DNA from: Octopus sinensis
Lineage: Eukaryota
Direction: 5' to 3'
DNA: 64,000 nucleotides
Assembly (NCBI RefSeq): GCF_006345805.1
Contig: NC_043002.1
Location: 60,326,001-60,390,000, forward strand
Every line of letters begins with the position of its first letter. Within the stretch, counting starts at the first letter, position 1. The notes under the pieces were generated by a model. It did not search any database and was not told the DNA's origin. It saw only the letters and a list, made by a program, of their open reading frames with translations. Below, in pieces: positions 42,825 to 57,215 of this stretch. Made by a program: the position numbers and the translations under genes.

Positions 42825-43032
42825 TTGTGACCTCGTGTGTACCGTTGGCGATTTTTTTTCCTCTGTATTCCCTTCTCTGGATCTTTCCTTCTCCTATGTT
42901 TCCGACGAAGAGCTCCGCTCGAAACGTTAAACCCTCCTTCTTGCCTTCTTTCCTGAGCGTCCAATAATACTATATTTGTTCCACGTCCTCCCGTTATCGT
43001 GTTTTTTTGTGCTTTCTTGTTTGGATTAACTT
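42825..43032 (+). mobile_element. PLE-like terminal remnant with HHR (42898-42932) in (TA)n
   Basis: GTTT CCGACGA A GAGC tcc GCTC GAAA CGT T AAAC, then ttcctgagcgtccaataatac. Confidence 0.65.
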
Positions 43033-43051
43033 TATATACATATAATATATA

Positions 43052-43099
<48 letters not shown>

Positions 43100-43135
43100 T
43101 AGAAGGTTTGGAGATGATGTACAGGTATTATATAT

Positions 43136-43319
43136 TAGAAGATTTGAGGTACTCAGAAATACGGATGGTGTTATATTTACAGATATTTATTTGTATGTTA
43201 CATGTTTTTATACATCATGTATCATGTATATGATATACGATGTATAAAAACATGTAACATACTAATACATATCTGTAAATATAAAACCAATTGGATTTCT
43301 GAGTACCTCATTTCTTCTA
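43136..43319. repeat. 184-bp near-perfect palindrome
   Basis: Arms of about 80-90 bp (tagaagatttgaggtactcagaaat...atttctgagtacctcatttcttcta), with essentially no unique spacer. Confidence 0.9.
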
Positions 43320-43367
43320 TGTATGTATGTACGTATGAATAGACATACATAGATACACACACACACA

Positions 43368-43423
<56 letters not shown>

Positions 43424-43465
43424 ATATATATATATATTATATATATAATATATATATATTATATA

Positions 43466-43505
<40 letters not shown>

Positions 43506-43569
43506 TATTATATATTATATATATATATTATATATATAATATATATATGTATACTTCAAAAATGGAACT

Positions 43570-43790
43570 GCACGTGATTGCTGGCGTTTTTTTCCTCCTG
43601 GTCTTGGAAATTCTGCCTTTTTCCGACGAAGAGCTATGCTCGAAACCTAAATCGTCTACTCTTTTTCTTCTCTGAGCGTCGTATTAATACATTGCTTGTA
43701 CCAGGTTCCCAATTTTTTGGGGGTTTTTTTTCTATTTCCCTGTGTTTCTTCGTGTTTGTGTCTTCGTGTATGAATGTGTGTGTTTGTGTA
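43570..43790 (+). mobile_element. PLE-like terminal remnant with degenerate HHR
   Basis: CCGACGA A GAGC tat GCTC GAAA cct, then tctgagcgtcgtattaatac. Confidence 0.6.
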
Positions 43791-44059
43791 TGTGTGTGTG
43801 TGTGTGTGTTTATATTTCTTTTTCGGAAAGCATGGTGTGGAGGTCTACGACATTGTCATATCCGTTAAGAGGCTGTACAACGACCTGCTAACTGAGTCTC
43901 TGTAGATATATTTATTTAGTGTTATAGACATCTGGGACACGAGCATAATTAGCAATTTTTAAAACATCAACGATCGTAGCAAGCTCTCTGTCGAACGAAT
44001 CACTGCAGTGTTGAGCAGAATAATAATGATTCATATATTTAATCTGGAATGATACATCA

Positions 44060-44400
44060 GTGGTACTTCTTACGACTTTACGTTCTGCGTACAAATGCCG
44101 TCGGGGCCGACTTTGATTTCCATACTTTTGGTGTCGATAAAATAAGTACCAGTTGAACATTGGGATCAATATAATCGACATACTCTCTCACTAAATTTGC
44201 TAGCTTTATATCAAAATTTGAAACCAATATGGAATCGTTAGGATGCTGCACAAAATATTTTGCGGCGTTTCTTGGACTTTTCGTACTGAGTTCTATTGAC
44301 GCGAGGTTCGGCTTTGCAATTCATCCTTTCTTGATCGATAAAATAACTACCGGTACGATACTGGCATCGATACTGTTGACTAACATCCAACCCCTCTTTA
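44060..44400 (+). mobile_element. Two adjacent diverged SINE family A copies
   Basis: Two cores (..gataaaataagtaccag and ..catcctttcttgatcgataaaataactacc). Confidence 0.65.
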
Positions 44401-44974
44401 TATTTTTACGATCAACAGCGTATACAGTGGAATCGAAGGGTTAAGAAGTTCGCTTCACAACCGCGCGCCACGGTTGACCGCATAGCGTAACATCTTGACG
44501 TAATATATTTTTTTATATCCTCGGTTTAGCATATATATATTTCAGTGCTATTGTATAGATGAAAACTCCATAAACGTTCTTCAAATGGTATGCAATTGAT
44601 ATTCAAAAGGTAAAACTTTGCCGCACTGTGTTATGCTGTTTGAGCAAGAAGATTACATTACGGTCACACGTGATAGTGTAATGTGCGTATGTGTTTGTGT
44701 GTGCGTGTGTGCGTATGAGAGTGTGCGTGTGCATGTGTATGAGATTGAGTGCAGTTTATATGTATGCATTTGTGCCTGTGTATTAGGTGGGGGTGAGAGG
44801 CATAATGACAAGTATGTGAGTGCGTTGTTGTTGTGTGTTAAAGCATGCAAGTTGCATTCACGTCTTTAGTTAATTAACAACTGAACACTCGTCCACTTAG
44901 ATCCAGTGCCAGATACATATACATACATACATACATACTACATACAACATACATACATACATATATATAGTATA

Positions 44975-45006
<32 letters not shown>

Positions 45007-45123
45007 ATATTTATATATATATACATATATATATAAATATGTATATATATATGTATATATGTATTACATATATATATATGTGTGTGTTTGTGGTGTGTGT
45101 GTATGTGTGTGTGTGTGTGTATA

Positions 45124-45336
45124 AGGCGGCGAGCTGGTAGAAACGTTAGCACGCCGGGCGAAAATACTTTATCGTATTAGTTTGTCTTTATGTTCTGAGT
45201 TCAAATTCCTCCGAGGTCGACTTTGCCTATCATCCTTTCGAAGTCAATAAATTAAGTACCATTTGCATGGTAGACTCGATCTAAACGACTGGCTCCCTCC
45301 TCAAAATTTCGGGCCTTGTGCCTAGAGTAGAAAAGA
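45124..45336 (+). mobile_element. SINE family A
   Basis: aggcggcgagctggtagaaacgttagcacgccgggcg...aaatttcgggccttgtgcctagagtagaaaag. Confidence 0.85.
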
Positions 45337-45473
<137 letters not shown>

Positions 45474-46399
45474 TTATATATATATATATAATTTTTTATA
45501 TATATATATATATATATAAATATATATACACACATAAGGATAAGTATATCAAAATGGGTCCGTGGAAAACTCATTTCAATATAAGGGCTGGGAACAACTG
45601 TGAACAGGTTCAGAATCACAGGTTTAGTAGACTAGCCAGGTGTTTTACGTAGAGAAGATTTCTTCAGTGCGATGCCCATGCTTTCAGTAACATTTTCCAC
45701 ACACCCTTAAATTATTTTGTTTTAATTTTTAAAACTTAATGGTTTTATTTGTTTTTTGAAATCTAAATTATTCTTCAGTTTAAATTATCTTCCACACACT
45801 TTCACACACCTCGTTTCATATACTATATACATACCCCCCAGGCGCACATACGTCTCCATACCCTTACAGTTATTAAAAAAGCTTTCTCATACACATGCAC
45901 ACACGCACATGCAAGCATATATATATATACATATGCACATATATACACACATCCATATGAATGTATATGTATATACATCTAATATAGGATAAAATTTTTC
46001 GAAAAAATTTTATCATCGGCCAGTATATTATAAAATACATTTAAATACCTTTAATCTTTAAAGGTATATATATATATATGTATGCATGTATGTATGCATG
46101 CATGTATGTATGTATGTATGTAGTATGTATGTATGTATGTATGTATATATGTATGTATGCATGTATGTATGTATGTATGAATGAATGTATGTGTATATGT
46201 GTGTATGTATGTATGTATGCATGTATGCATGTGTGTGTGAATGTGTGTACGTATGTAGGTGCGTAAATGTCAATGTGTTTTGGAGTCTGTTCTTCTCTTC
46301 CTCCCCATCATCGTTTAGCAACAAGTGTTACTCTCATTATGTCACAGCATTCAGTGATTCAGAAAGTGAAGCGATCAGAATAAGTGGCAGTCTCAGTAA

Positions 46400-46487
46400 A
46401 ACAATAATAATAATAATAATAATAATAAAATAATAATAATAATATAATAATAATAATAATAATAATAATAAAATAATAATAATAATA

Positions 46488-46573
<86 letters not shown>

Positions 46574-46575
46574 TA
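46400..46575. repeat. (TAA)n microsatellite
   Basis: Direct observation. Confidence 0.95.
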
Positions 46576-48117
46576 TAACATAGATGTAATGTCGATTTGG
46601 TCCACTACTCGATGAAATACGCTGCACAAGCATGGCCGCATTCCAATGATTGTAACAACTAAAGATAACAAATGATATGTACAATATCGAATACAACATC
46701 ATCTATGATCTATATATGAAGCGGTCTATCAGATGTGAGATTTCTAGTTTCCAGATTCATAAATGACTGACAAATGTAATTCGTCGATTATAATTGACAT
46801 ACAGCGATCGCCATACCTAAATAGCTAGTCACGCACTAACATATACACACAACGTATACACATTCTCTCTCACACAGACGCACGCATATGCATTTATGCG
46901 TGTGTGTGTATATATATATATAATAAATATACAGATATCTCTACATAAGGAAGCGTTCTATTACATACTTCGTTGTATTGTCATGTGTGTCGGTAAATGT
47001 GAGATAAATATGAAAAGAATTCGTAGATAACAAGTTTAACAATGACCATTATAATAGGTAAGCACCGTTTTGGAATAAAGATTTATGATGAGGTTTTTGC
47101 CTTAGCTTGGCTTTTATATTCTCTATATTTAGCCGACTTTGAGCAGGATTCTTGCACAATGCATGATACGATACTAATGCTCTCTTTTACTTCTATATGA
47201 AATTAGCTTCGATATGAAAGCTAACGCCAGATTTTAAAACATGAATACACTAGATAGATAATGTAGTTAGTCGGAGAGATCCATGCCTGTAATAAGTTAC
47301 ATCACATTTAATTAGATTAGATAACGTGAGAATACGAAGCAAAATAGAAGTAAAGAAAAATATTACTGAAACCATTGTGTTAGTTAAATACAGTAACATT
47401 GATGGACTCAAGAGATTTGTGAGACGAGCTAAGAAGAATGAATACGATTAAGATATTGCGCCAATGGGTGAAACTTAATTGAGAAGTCACATTATTCAGC
47501 GACTATTAACTGTGGAAGTACGTATAGTGTTATAGAATAATTGGGGCTTCTAATACAGTATATAACTGTAGGAATCGAAGGAAATCTGTGGATGAAATTT
47601 ATATGAAATGACTGAAAGTATTGTAACATTGCATATGATTGTGGGATCGAGGCAAGAAGGTAAAAAGAAGGAAAGCAGAGAAGAAAGAGAGAAATTAATA
47701 AAGGGAGAAATTGAAGAGCATAAGGCAGCAGTACGACATAGCGTGATAATAATATACGAAACATGCTGGTAGCCTTTAGGTAAATGTTGAGAGAGAGGGA
47801 TACGTTAGGGGCTTTTTTATTGACGAAATATTATAATTGATTAGTCTAATTGTCTTAGTATAAGCCATGAGTCCCGTGGCATCGGAAGGTAGTCGATGAT
47901 CTTACCGACGAGAAAGTTGCAAACTCCGTGGCCGTGAGGCGAGAACTGTAAATACAATAAACGTGGTTATCGAAGCATATTACAGAATTATGTAACTATT
48001 TCTATGTGTGTATCTATATATTTGTGTCTGCCTATATGTCTGTCAGCTTGGATGGATGGCTGTATGCATTGGATGTATGCATGCATGTGTGTAGGTATGT
48101 ATCTATCTATGCCTATG

Positions 48118-48212
<95 letters not shown>

Positions 48213-48254
48213 ATATAATGTATGTATGTGTGTGTGTGGTGTGAATGTATATAT

Positions 48255-48466
48255 ACTCTTTTACTTTTTTCAGCCAATTGACTGCAGCCATTCTGGACCA
48301 CCGCCTTTAATCGAAGAACTCGACCCCAAGACTTATTATTTGTAAGCCCAGTACGTATTCTATCTCCTACTTTTACCGAACCCCTAAGTTACGGGGACGT
48401 AAACACATCAGCATCGGTTGTCAAGCGATGTTCGGGGGACAAACACAGACACCCAATCATATACAC
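48255..48466 (-). mobile_element. SINE family B, 3' half only
   Basis: Ends at the internal CA tract. No matching 5' half was found nearby. Confidence 0.8.
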
Positions 48467-49009
48467 AAGGGAGGGATAATTCAAGAATTTGTTAAAAAGT
48501 TTACCCAAAAATGTCGGAAGGGAGGGATTCTAACCTGTACTAAGGACCCTGTTTGGCCTCCCGATGACACATTCCGTTTCCTGCTGACGATCCCCGACGT
48601 AGCACCATGGAGGTTCTTAAGTGAGGCGTTGAGCCTGGTCGGGTGCCGGCACGGGAGAAAATAATTAAGGGGCTCAGTACTTCGTATTGTAGGGAGAAAT
48701 GACCCATTATGAAAAATGTAAGAGGCTTACTGCCTCATCTGTAAGACCTTGGGTTCAATCGAATTAAAGTAAGAGGTTTATAACTTCAATTTGTTAAAAA
48801 TGAAACGAAGAACAATGTTTTCGAGAAGCAGCGATCGGCTGGTGACGCTTGTTTTCCCTCACCAATTTCATTATTTGCTTTATCATTCATTCATCTTGTG
48901 TTTTATCCAGCCCGAAGCTACTACCTCTGTGTGCGGCTTTTGTAGCCAATTAAATGAAATACATAGAGAGGACGGACAAGGACAAATAAACATAAAAGGG
49001 TGAAGTAGC

Positions 49010-51050
49010 TTATACGATTAAAAATTTATCAATAGTTAAATTACAAATGGGTTTTAAAATGAAACATTGCTAAACGCAATGTTTAGCATGAAGGAAAGGC
49101 ATCCTAGCCTGATCTTACTGCTGAGGTTGTAACTAAAACAGTTGTCCAACCCCTGACAAGATACAAAGGTACCCGTCACAATCCCTTTCAACCGCATCTT
49201 CCATACTGTTTTTTTAATATGGCCACCACGCAGAAACAACAGGCTTTCCTCTTCCCGCTACGGGAGGGAGGTGGCACAAACCCGATGATGGATTCAGCTG
49301 ATAGCTGTACTCTTCCCATCGATGACAACAGTTGTTCTGTAAAAATTATGAGTCCCGATAATTCCGGACGTTCCACGAATGCGTGCAAAACAGTTTCCCT
49401 ATCCTGCTCGCACCTTGAATATGTTGGTGACACGATACTTCCGTGCCTTGACAATTTATTACGAACTGGTAATGCCCTCGGAAACACTGCCAAACCAGGG
49501 ATTTCTGGTAATTATCTAGATAACCCGGCCCGAGCGTTCTTCCGAATAGGTTGATCAACTGACTTCCATCGTAGCTCAAGCTGTCCTCCAAAGCATCTTC
49601 GAACGTCGATCCCACTATCCCGCTATATATATCCGCAGTAGAACTCTTGTTGCCGGCATTGCTCGTCCGAGAGCGTAACTGATGTGCATGTCAGCACTCC
49701 AATTGCCAGCCCCTCAGTCTAGGTCTCTGCTTGATCCATGTATCACTGTCCGTTAAGGATTTTAACTGTGGGAGGAGACCACACCTGCTCTCCATCCAAG
49801 TAAAGCTAGAGATGCCTCAAACTTAACGCGAATTTTCATATTTTCAGCCAAGGCATCGCTAACCCACTCTTTAGCAGTTTCTGACACCAGACAGAGCGCT
49901 TCATAAGTGCCTTTCCTCCCTTCCACAAGAAGCAGAAAAGGATTCTCTCCAGCTTGTTCGGCCAAAAATCGGGGCAAGGCACCACGCTCAGGCGGTAGGT
50001 GATAACTGATGCTATAGACATCTGCACCACCTCCGCCCTCCCTAGCAACGATAACACCCGGTCAGAAAAGGTCTGGGTCAGAGCAGTCACCTTGCCGGTC
50101 TCCTCGCTCCAATTCTTCTCTATCTGGAGGTCCGGACCAAACCAGCACCGAGCAGCTTAACAGGACCTTCCACCCAGCGCCCCACGATGATACTGGATGT
50201 CATCGGCTTGCTCCCCTAGGTGCCGAATTGCAAACCGACTGAGTTTTCCTTGTTAATATTTGCTCTTCCCACCGCCTCATAGTTTTTGATGGCCTCTTCC
50301 GCCACTGGAAACTGGCCGTCATCCACCACGATGATGGAGATGTCATTCGCATACGCCGTAGCTCCTCTTCCATACCATAGATCATGCAACACACCCCTAG
50401 TGCCTCCAGCTTCCACAGCAATGGCTCAAGAGCCAATACATACAAAAGTGGGGACAGGGGATATTCCTGACGAACTGAACGCTCGATCCTAAAAGGTTTT
50501 TAAAAGAAACCATTAACTTTAGCGACATACTCGATGTCGATGTACAAAGCAGCAATCCAACCGCGACTAGGTCGGGCCCTGGCCAGCCTTCTCGAGGACC
50601 GCCGCCAAGTACCGATGGTCGACCCTATCAAAAGCTATAGACTGGTCTAAATGTACCAGTACCGCTCCTGCACCAGAAAGCTTCCCTACCTTCTCTCAGG
50701 AGTAGCGTATAAGATGGAGGTTGTCGTGGATCGACCTGTCCCGGATTGCGCAAGTTTGCGCCCTCCGCACAAGTCTGGCCACACACCCGCGCAACCTTTT
50801 TCCTGACATCTTCGCCAAAGTCTTCAACTCTGTGTTGAGCAGAGTTATGGGCCGGAAGTTACTAATCTCGTCCCCCTTGGTGGGATCCTCTCTGATCAGT
50901 GTCACCATCCTTCGGCTTGCAGACTTGGGACTTCTCACATTCTGCTATCATTTGGTCAGTTTATAACACCTGAACAAGCTGTGGACAACTAAAACTAGCC
51001 TTATCTCTAGCTCTTATTCCTATCCTGCCTAAGTAAGACTTGAACCCTCC
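49010..51050 (-). mobile_element. L1/Tx1-clade LINE ORF2 remnant, 5'-truncated and frameshifted
   Basis: FRPITLLNTELKTLAK, QTCAI..IHDNLHLIRY, YVLALEPLL, YANDISII, FCFLWKGG..GLAMP, ALPVRNKLSRHG..RCEQDRETVLHAF. Confidence 0.9.
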
Positions 51051-51177
51051 GTCGCCATTCATACAGGTTTACTCTGAGACGTTCGGCTTGTCCAGTCTAT
51101 AATGATCTGCTATCTGAAATTTCTTCAGCAGATCTTCGAGACGCGAGTTTTTTGTGGTGGTGTGTGTGTGTGTGGTG

Positions 51178-51227
<50 letters not shown>

Positions 51228-51313
51228 TGTGTGTGTGTGTGGTGTGTGTGGGTGTGTGAGTGGTGTGTGTTTGTGTGTATACACACACGCATACACCCCC
51301 CCCATATATATAT

Positions 51314-51344
<31 letters not shown>

Positions 51345-51538
51345 TAATTGGCCCCTTTCGTCTCTGCAGACATCCAAGTTAGCTTAAAGATCACTTAAGC
51401 GAAAATATCACCTATCAGGAACTCAGGAACTCGCAGTTTTATCATGGCTATCGAATAATTCTCACATATCATATTTACATATATATATATATATGTATGT
51501 ATATATACATACGTATGTATGAATGTATATAATATATA

Positions 51539-51588
<50 letters not shown>

Positions 51589-52917
51589 ACACACGTGTTT
51601 AAGTCAATTGAGGAGAAAATAAACAGACAAAATAGATGATATTGAAATAACGTAGTGAAAGTCATCACATGGAAATGATTTTCATGCATTAATTCATGTT
51701 GGTTCATGTGATGTCTATATCACATTTTACTGTTCCTGCGTTAATTTCTTCTTTGTGCAGTTATACGGCTGCGTGTTTTTCTGAAAAACGTCATTTCTCC
51801 TACAATTTTCACACAGACAAACACATACATATATTTATGCAGTCGCTCTCACTCAAACATATATGAACGTGTGTGTGTGCTCATACATATATATAATATA
51901 TATATATATATGTTCGTGTATGCGTGTGTATGTATACATTTGCATATAGAAGCGCTTTGAAATTTGGAAGCCTGCCCTGAGAGGGTAACTTCGAAGGTAA
52001 AATATTTGTTCTGCAGACAAATTATATTTCATCTTCGTTTGTCTGAATACGTGAGTAAAATGGTTAAAAGAATCAGTAGTTACGCACCCGGAAAGAGAAG
52101 AATATCTGGGAATGAGATGAAAACTATAGCAACACACAGACACACTGACACATACATACACACACACACACACAGACGGACACACTGATACACACATACA
52201 CACACACACGCACACACGAATACATACTTAAATACAAACATACACATGCAAACACGGACAATGCTATCAAAACATTGCAAAAATATATTTATAACCTGAC
52301 ATACACATTTTAAAAGTTAAGGAAAGAAAATCGATAACATTTATATTAACAACGCAACTTTTACGATCAACTTTAGTGATTCTTTTTAGCAACAACATCA
52401 ACAATATTCTCATACACCCAAACAATAAGTGAAAATATAGTAATAAAAATTACAAACGATGGTTTTGTCTTGCCAACGCAACAATAAAGTAGAATGTGAC
52501 CAAACTCATCAAAAGAGATTTGTCTGAGAGAACAATGTGAAGCGAGATTGTTCTTCCTGGATAGCGGAAGTTATGGAGAATATGACAAAGTGAAGAATCA
52601 CATGTGTTTGCATATTGAATGATATAGAAATTCAGCTGCACTAAAAAGAGCGGTTGAAAGAATCCTACCCGGTGCAGCAATTCTTCAGAGACTACCCGGT
52701 GCAAAAAAGCCGAGAACACTGCCAAGAATTAGGTGTGAATTACGAGATGTGCGTCAGCAATGTTTCCTCCGCAGTTTTTTTTATTTTTTGCTATGTAATT
52801 AGAAGGGTAATGTTTAGATAAGAAAAGATGAACCGTGACTTGGTCACTGATTTTTAGCACAACTTTGAGGAATTTATAGGTATGGAGAAGTGGTTACCAT
52901 TTTCATCATCATCATCA

Positions 52918-52949
<32 letters not shown>

Positions 52950-53207
52950 GTCGTCGTCGTCATCATGATCATCACCATCATTACCACCATCATCAACATC
53001 ATCATCATCATCATCATCATCATATCATCATCATCACCACCACCACCACTACCAACATCATCATCATCAGCATCATCATCATCATCATCATCATCATCGT
53101 TGTCGTCATCATCACCATCACCATCATTGTCCTTTTCCTTTTCATATTGTATATCTCGTCCAATATGAAGCCAAAATGCATGTGCCCACTTAAGATTTGA
53201 AAATTTA

Positions 53208-53950
53208 TACGAGGCAATATCCAAAGGTTCCCAGACTATTTATGTTTAATAAAAATAACTTATTTATCTAAGTTTTAACCTCATCTCCTTCAAAATAGTT
53301 ACCTTGCTCAGTAATACTCCTGTCCAGTCGTCCCTGCCTCATTTGGAATCTAGCATGCAAGTTGTTTCTCGTAATCAAGTCAAGGTCCTTCTGCGATTAG
53401 CTCTTTATTTCAATAACAGGGTCAAGACGCTGATCTTTGAGCTGCATTGTCTTCTTGGGGGATGAGATAGAAGTCCATGGTTGCTAAATATGGCTAATAG
53501 GGCCGGTGCAGAAGCGATACCATTCTGTTTTGGGGAAGATTCTCACGAGTGGGGAGAGCTCGATGACTGGGTGCATTGTACAATTCATCACACTCTACAG
53601 ATCCAGTCGCCTTTTGCCGAATATCCTCCCTAAAACGCTGTAAAACGTCGAAGTAGAATGCTCGATTCTCAATGTACAACACACATTTTCGAAGGCGACG
53701 ATCCTGGTAGGTCTTCCAGATCGCTTATCGTGTTCCAGCGATGTTTTTCCGTTTTTGAAGATCATATGCCAATAGAGACATTGTACACGACCATTTACCA
53801 CGTCACCGTAATTTTCCCGAAGCGTGCTCAATGTCTCTGTAACAGACTTCCCAAGTTTAACGCAAATTTTGGCGTTGGTTGTTTGTTGCTGTCCATGAAA
53901 AAAATTGCAGACTATTGCGTGCACGTGATCATCAAAACGCAAATTTTACA
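53208..53950 (-). mobile_element. Internally deleted mariner (Tc1/mariner) transposon
   Basis: TIR-like tacgaggcaatatccaaaggttcccagact. N-terminal HTH (KICVKLGKSVTETL..KRSGRP) is joined to the C-terminal FYFDVLQRFRE..NAPSH..PY region. Confidence 0.85.
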
Positions 53951-53956
53951 ATCTAA

Positions 53957-54190
53957 ACGGCGGCGAGCTGGCAGAAATGTTACAACGCCGGGCGAAATGC
54001 TAAGCGGTATTTCGTCTGCCGTTACGTTCTGAGTTCAAATTCCGCCCGAGGTCGACTTTGCCTTTCATCCTTTCGGGGTCGATTAAATAAGTACCAGTTA
54101 CACACTGGGGTCGATGTAATCGACTTAATCCGTCTGTCTGTCCTTGTTTGTTCCCTCTGTGTTTATCCCCTTGTGGGTAGTAAAGAAATA
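53957..54190 (+). mobile_element. SINE family A, near-intact copy
   Basis: A-box-like tggcagaaatgtt, B box gagttcaaattcc, core gaggtcgactttgcctttcatcctttcggggtcgattaaataagtaccag (resembles conserved central SINE domains of the Meta type), tail to taaagaaata. Confidence 0.9.
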
Positions 54191-54766
54191 ACAAATTCGT
54201 AGATTGCTTGGATTTGTTTGTTATTCGCAATCTGACTGCATAACACCGGATGAAGTAATGTAAAGTTCTTTGTTTCTGGCAAAATTTACAAAATACGTCA
54301 TACTGCCACAAAATGTTCGTTTTAAAATGTAAGTCAATTCGTATTTCTAAATTCCGTTCTTGTGAAATTATACCATCGCATATTCATGGATATCATTAAC
54401 GGAGACTTATGAGTGGTGCAAGGGATTAACGAGCGATGAACTGTTCCATCACAAGGTTAACATGAATTGTAAGATTGAAGGAGATGCAAAAGGAACTTCG
54501 CTGCCTTCAGCTTTGTACAGTGGTTGGTTATCTTTAATTTTTCCGAGTGATGTGATTGTTTGAAGGTAGCAATGCAAGTTAATGCAACATATCGTTAATT
54601 ACATAAAAGTTTAGGCTCGTTAGAATGTCACACAGCGCCACATTCTATAGTTCTTATCTTCATCGATTGAGTAAGTAAGAGTTAAAATAACGAGGACATG
54701 AACACAACACGTTGGTTATACAGTAGTCTAACAAACAAACACACACACACAAGTACACGCACACAC

Positions 54767-54876
<110 letters not shown>

Positions 54877-55285
54877 TATTATACATGTATACACACACAT
54901 GCATATATACATGCAAGGGCAGATGCAAGTTTTCAAAACAAAGCAATAAAACTTTAATAGACCAGCATCATAAGATATACAGATGCCATATCATGAAGAA
55001 AATTGTGACTGTTAGTGCGCTGTTTATGTATGTCCGTGCGTTGTTTGTGTGGGGGTGTGGTGCGTGCGGTGTACGTGTGTGGTGTGTGTGTGTGTGTGTG
55101 TGTATGAAATATATTTTAATTGCTGTTGTAAGATCGAATATACATGCTGCAGTGTACCTGTGTGTTTAAACATTCATGTATATAAGATTCCAAAGATAAA
55201 ACGATTCTTTCATTTATAATGTCTCTTTCAAGCCATGAATTTAAAATTCTTTGAACTGAGCAATCTCTTTATCCACATAAACTAT

Positions 55286-55351
<66 letters not shown>

Positions 55352-55693
55352 ACACACACACAAATACACACCGGCATACATATATATATATATATATGCA
55401 TGCGTACATACATATATATGTGTGTATATATATATATTAATATATATATATTTATATATATATATGGGCGTATGTGTATTTGCGTTTATATACACACACA
55501 TATGCAAATATATATACCCACACTTTTATAAATATCTGTGTATATATTTATGCATGTGGACGTTTGTGTACGTATATGTTTATATATAAATATATACATA
55601 TAGATACACACACACACATATATATATATATACATGCAATATATATATATATATATATATATATGTATTTACATATTTAAGTATATATATATA

Positions 55694-55745
<52 letters not shown>

Positions 55746-55757
55746 TATATATTATAT

Positions 55758-55804
<47 letters not shown>

Positions 55805-55894
55805 ATATACATATATATATACATATGTATGTATGAGTGTGTGGATATGTGCATGCAATTCTACTTGCGTGTGTGTGTGCTTTCGTTTTAAAAG

Positions 55895-55941
<47 letters not shown>

Positions 55942-56476
55942 CTATTTCTGTAGCTATATAGTTCCTTTTGCTAAACCGTATTCCTTTCTATATAGACGTA
56001 TGAATAATTATATCGGAGCATACAATAAGGAAATTTATACACAAACACTGCCACATACCCTATACAAATATACGTACATACATACATACATACATATATA
56101 TATATATATGATATGTATTTATATATAGATAGATGTGTGTATGTATGTACGAAGTCATACAGCTAGAGACCCAAGAATATTTATGATGAGAATCAGTAAG
56201 TTACGAGCACAGGCACACAGCATACATTAAATACATTCATTTAGATACATTTATCCATGTGTATAATGTACTGAATCTTAGACATAATTTTACTAAGTGT
56301 TTAGCTGGACTTATTCTTAGGCGATTTGCCTCAGTGGCCATAACTAAAATTCGACGATCAAAAGAATATGTCTTCCTCAACTAACCAGCAGATATAAACA
56401 GTAATTCGGAGAGAAAATGAGAGAAAACAGAAAAGGTCGATCAGGTGAGAGACAGCGATAAGGAATGAGAGAGCGC

Positions 56477-56515
<39 letters not shown>

Positions 56516-56959
56516 GAGAAGAGAGAGAGAGAGAATATAAGCGAGCGAGGGAAAGGGAGAGGGAGATGGTATGAAAGTTGTCGAGGAAGAAAGAGAGAGA
56601 ATGGATGAGTGAGAGCAAGAGGGAGAGAGAGTGGCATAGAGGGAGAGAGTGTCGGAAGATGAATAAGTAAGAAGTAAAATGTCAGCCATTTTCTTTTAAA
56701 CTAAATTAGTAATATTATTACTGTTCACATTCTTCCTTTTGCCTTTCGGCACTTCACATCGCTTCCCCTCCTTATCATCATCATCATCATCATCATTACA
56801 ATCATCATTTTAATATTCATACTACACATCGCTAATATTCTTCAGTCTCTCTTCTTCCTTTTCTCGTTTCTTATTTTCCATTTCCGAATTTTGTTTGTTT
56901 GTTTCTATTTATACATTTATCTCTCGAATTTCTACTTCTTTTTCCTTTTCTATCTCGTC

Positions 56960-56962
56960 TTG

Positions 56963-57048
<86 letters not shown>

Positions 57049-57152
57049 TTTATTGTTGTTGTTGATGTTGTTGTTGTTTTTATTGTTGTGTGTTGTTGTT
57101 TATGTTGCTGTTGTTGTTATTATTATTATTATTATTATTATTGTTGTTGTTG

Positions 57153-57214
<62 letters not shown>
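56960..57214. repeat. (TTA)n/(TTG)n microsatellite
   Basis: Direct observation. Confidence 0.95.
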
Positions 57215-57215
<1 letters not shown>

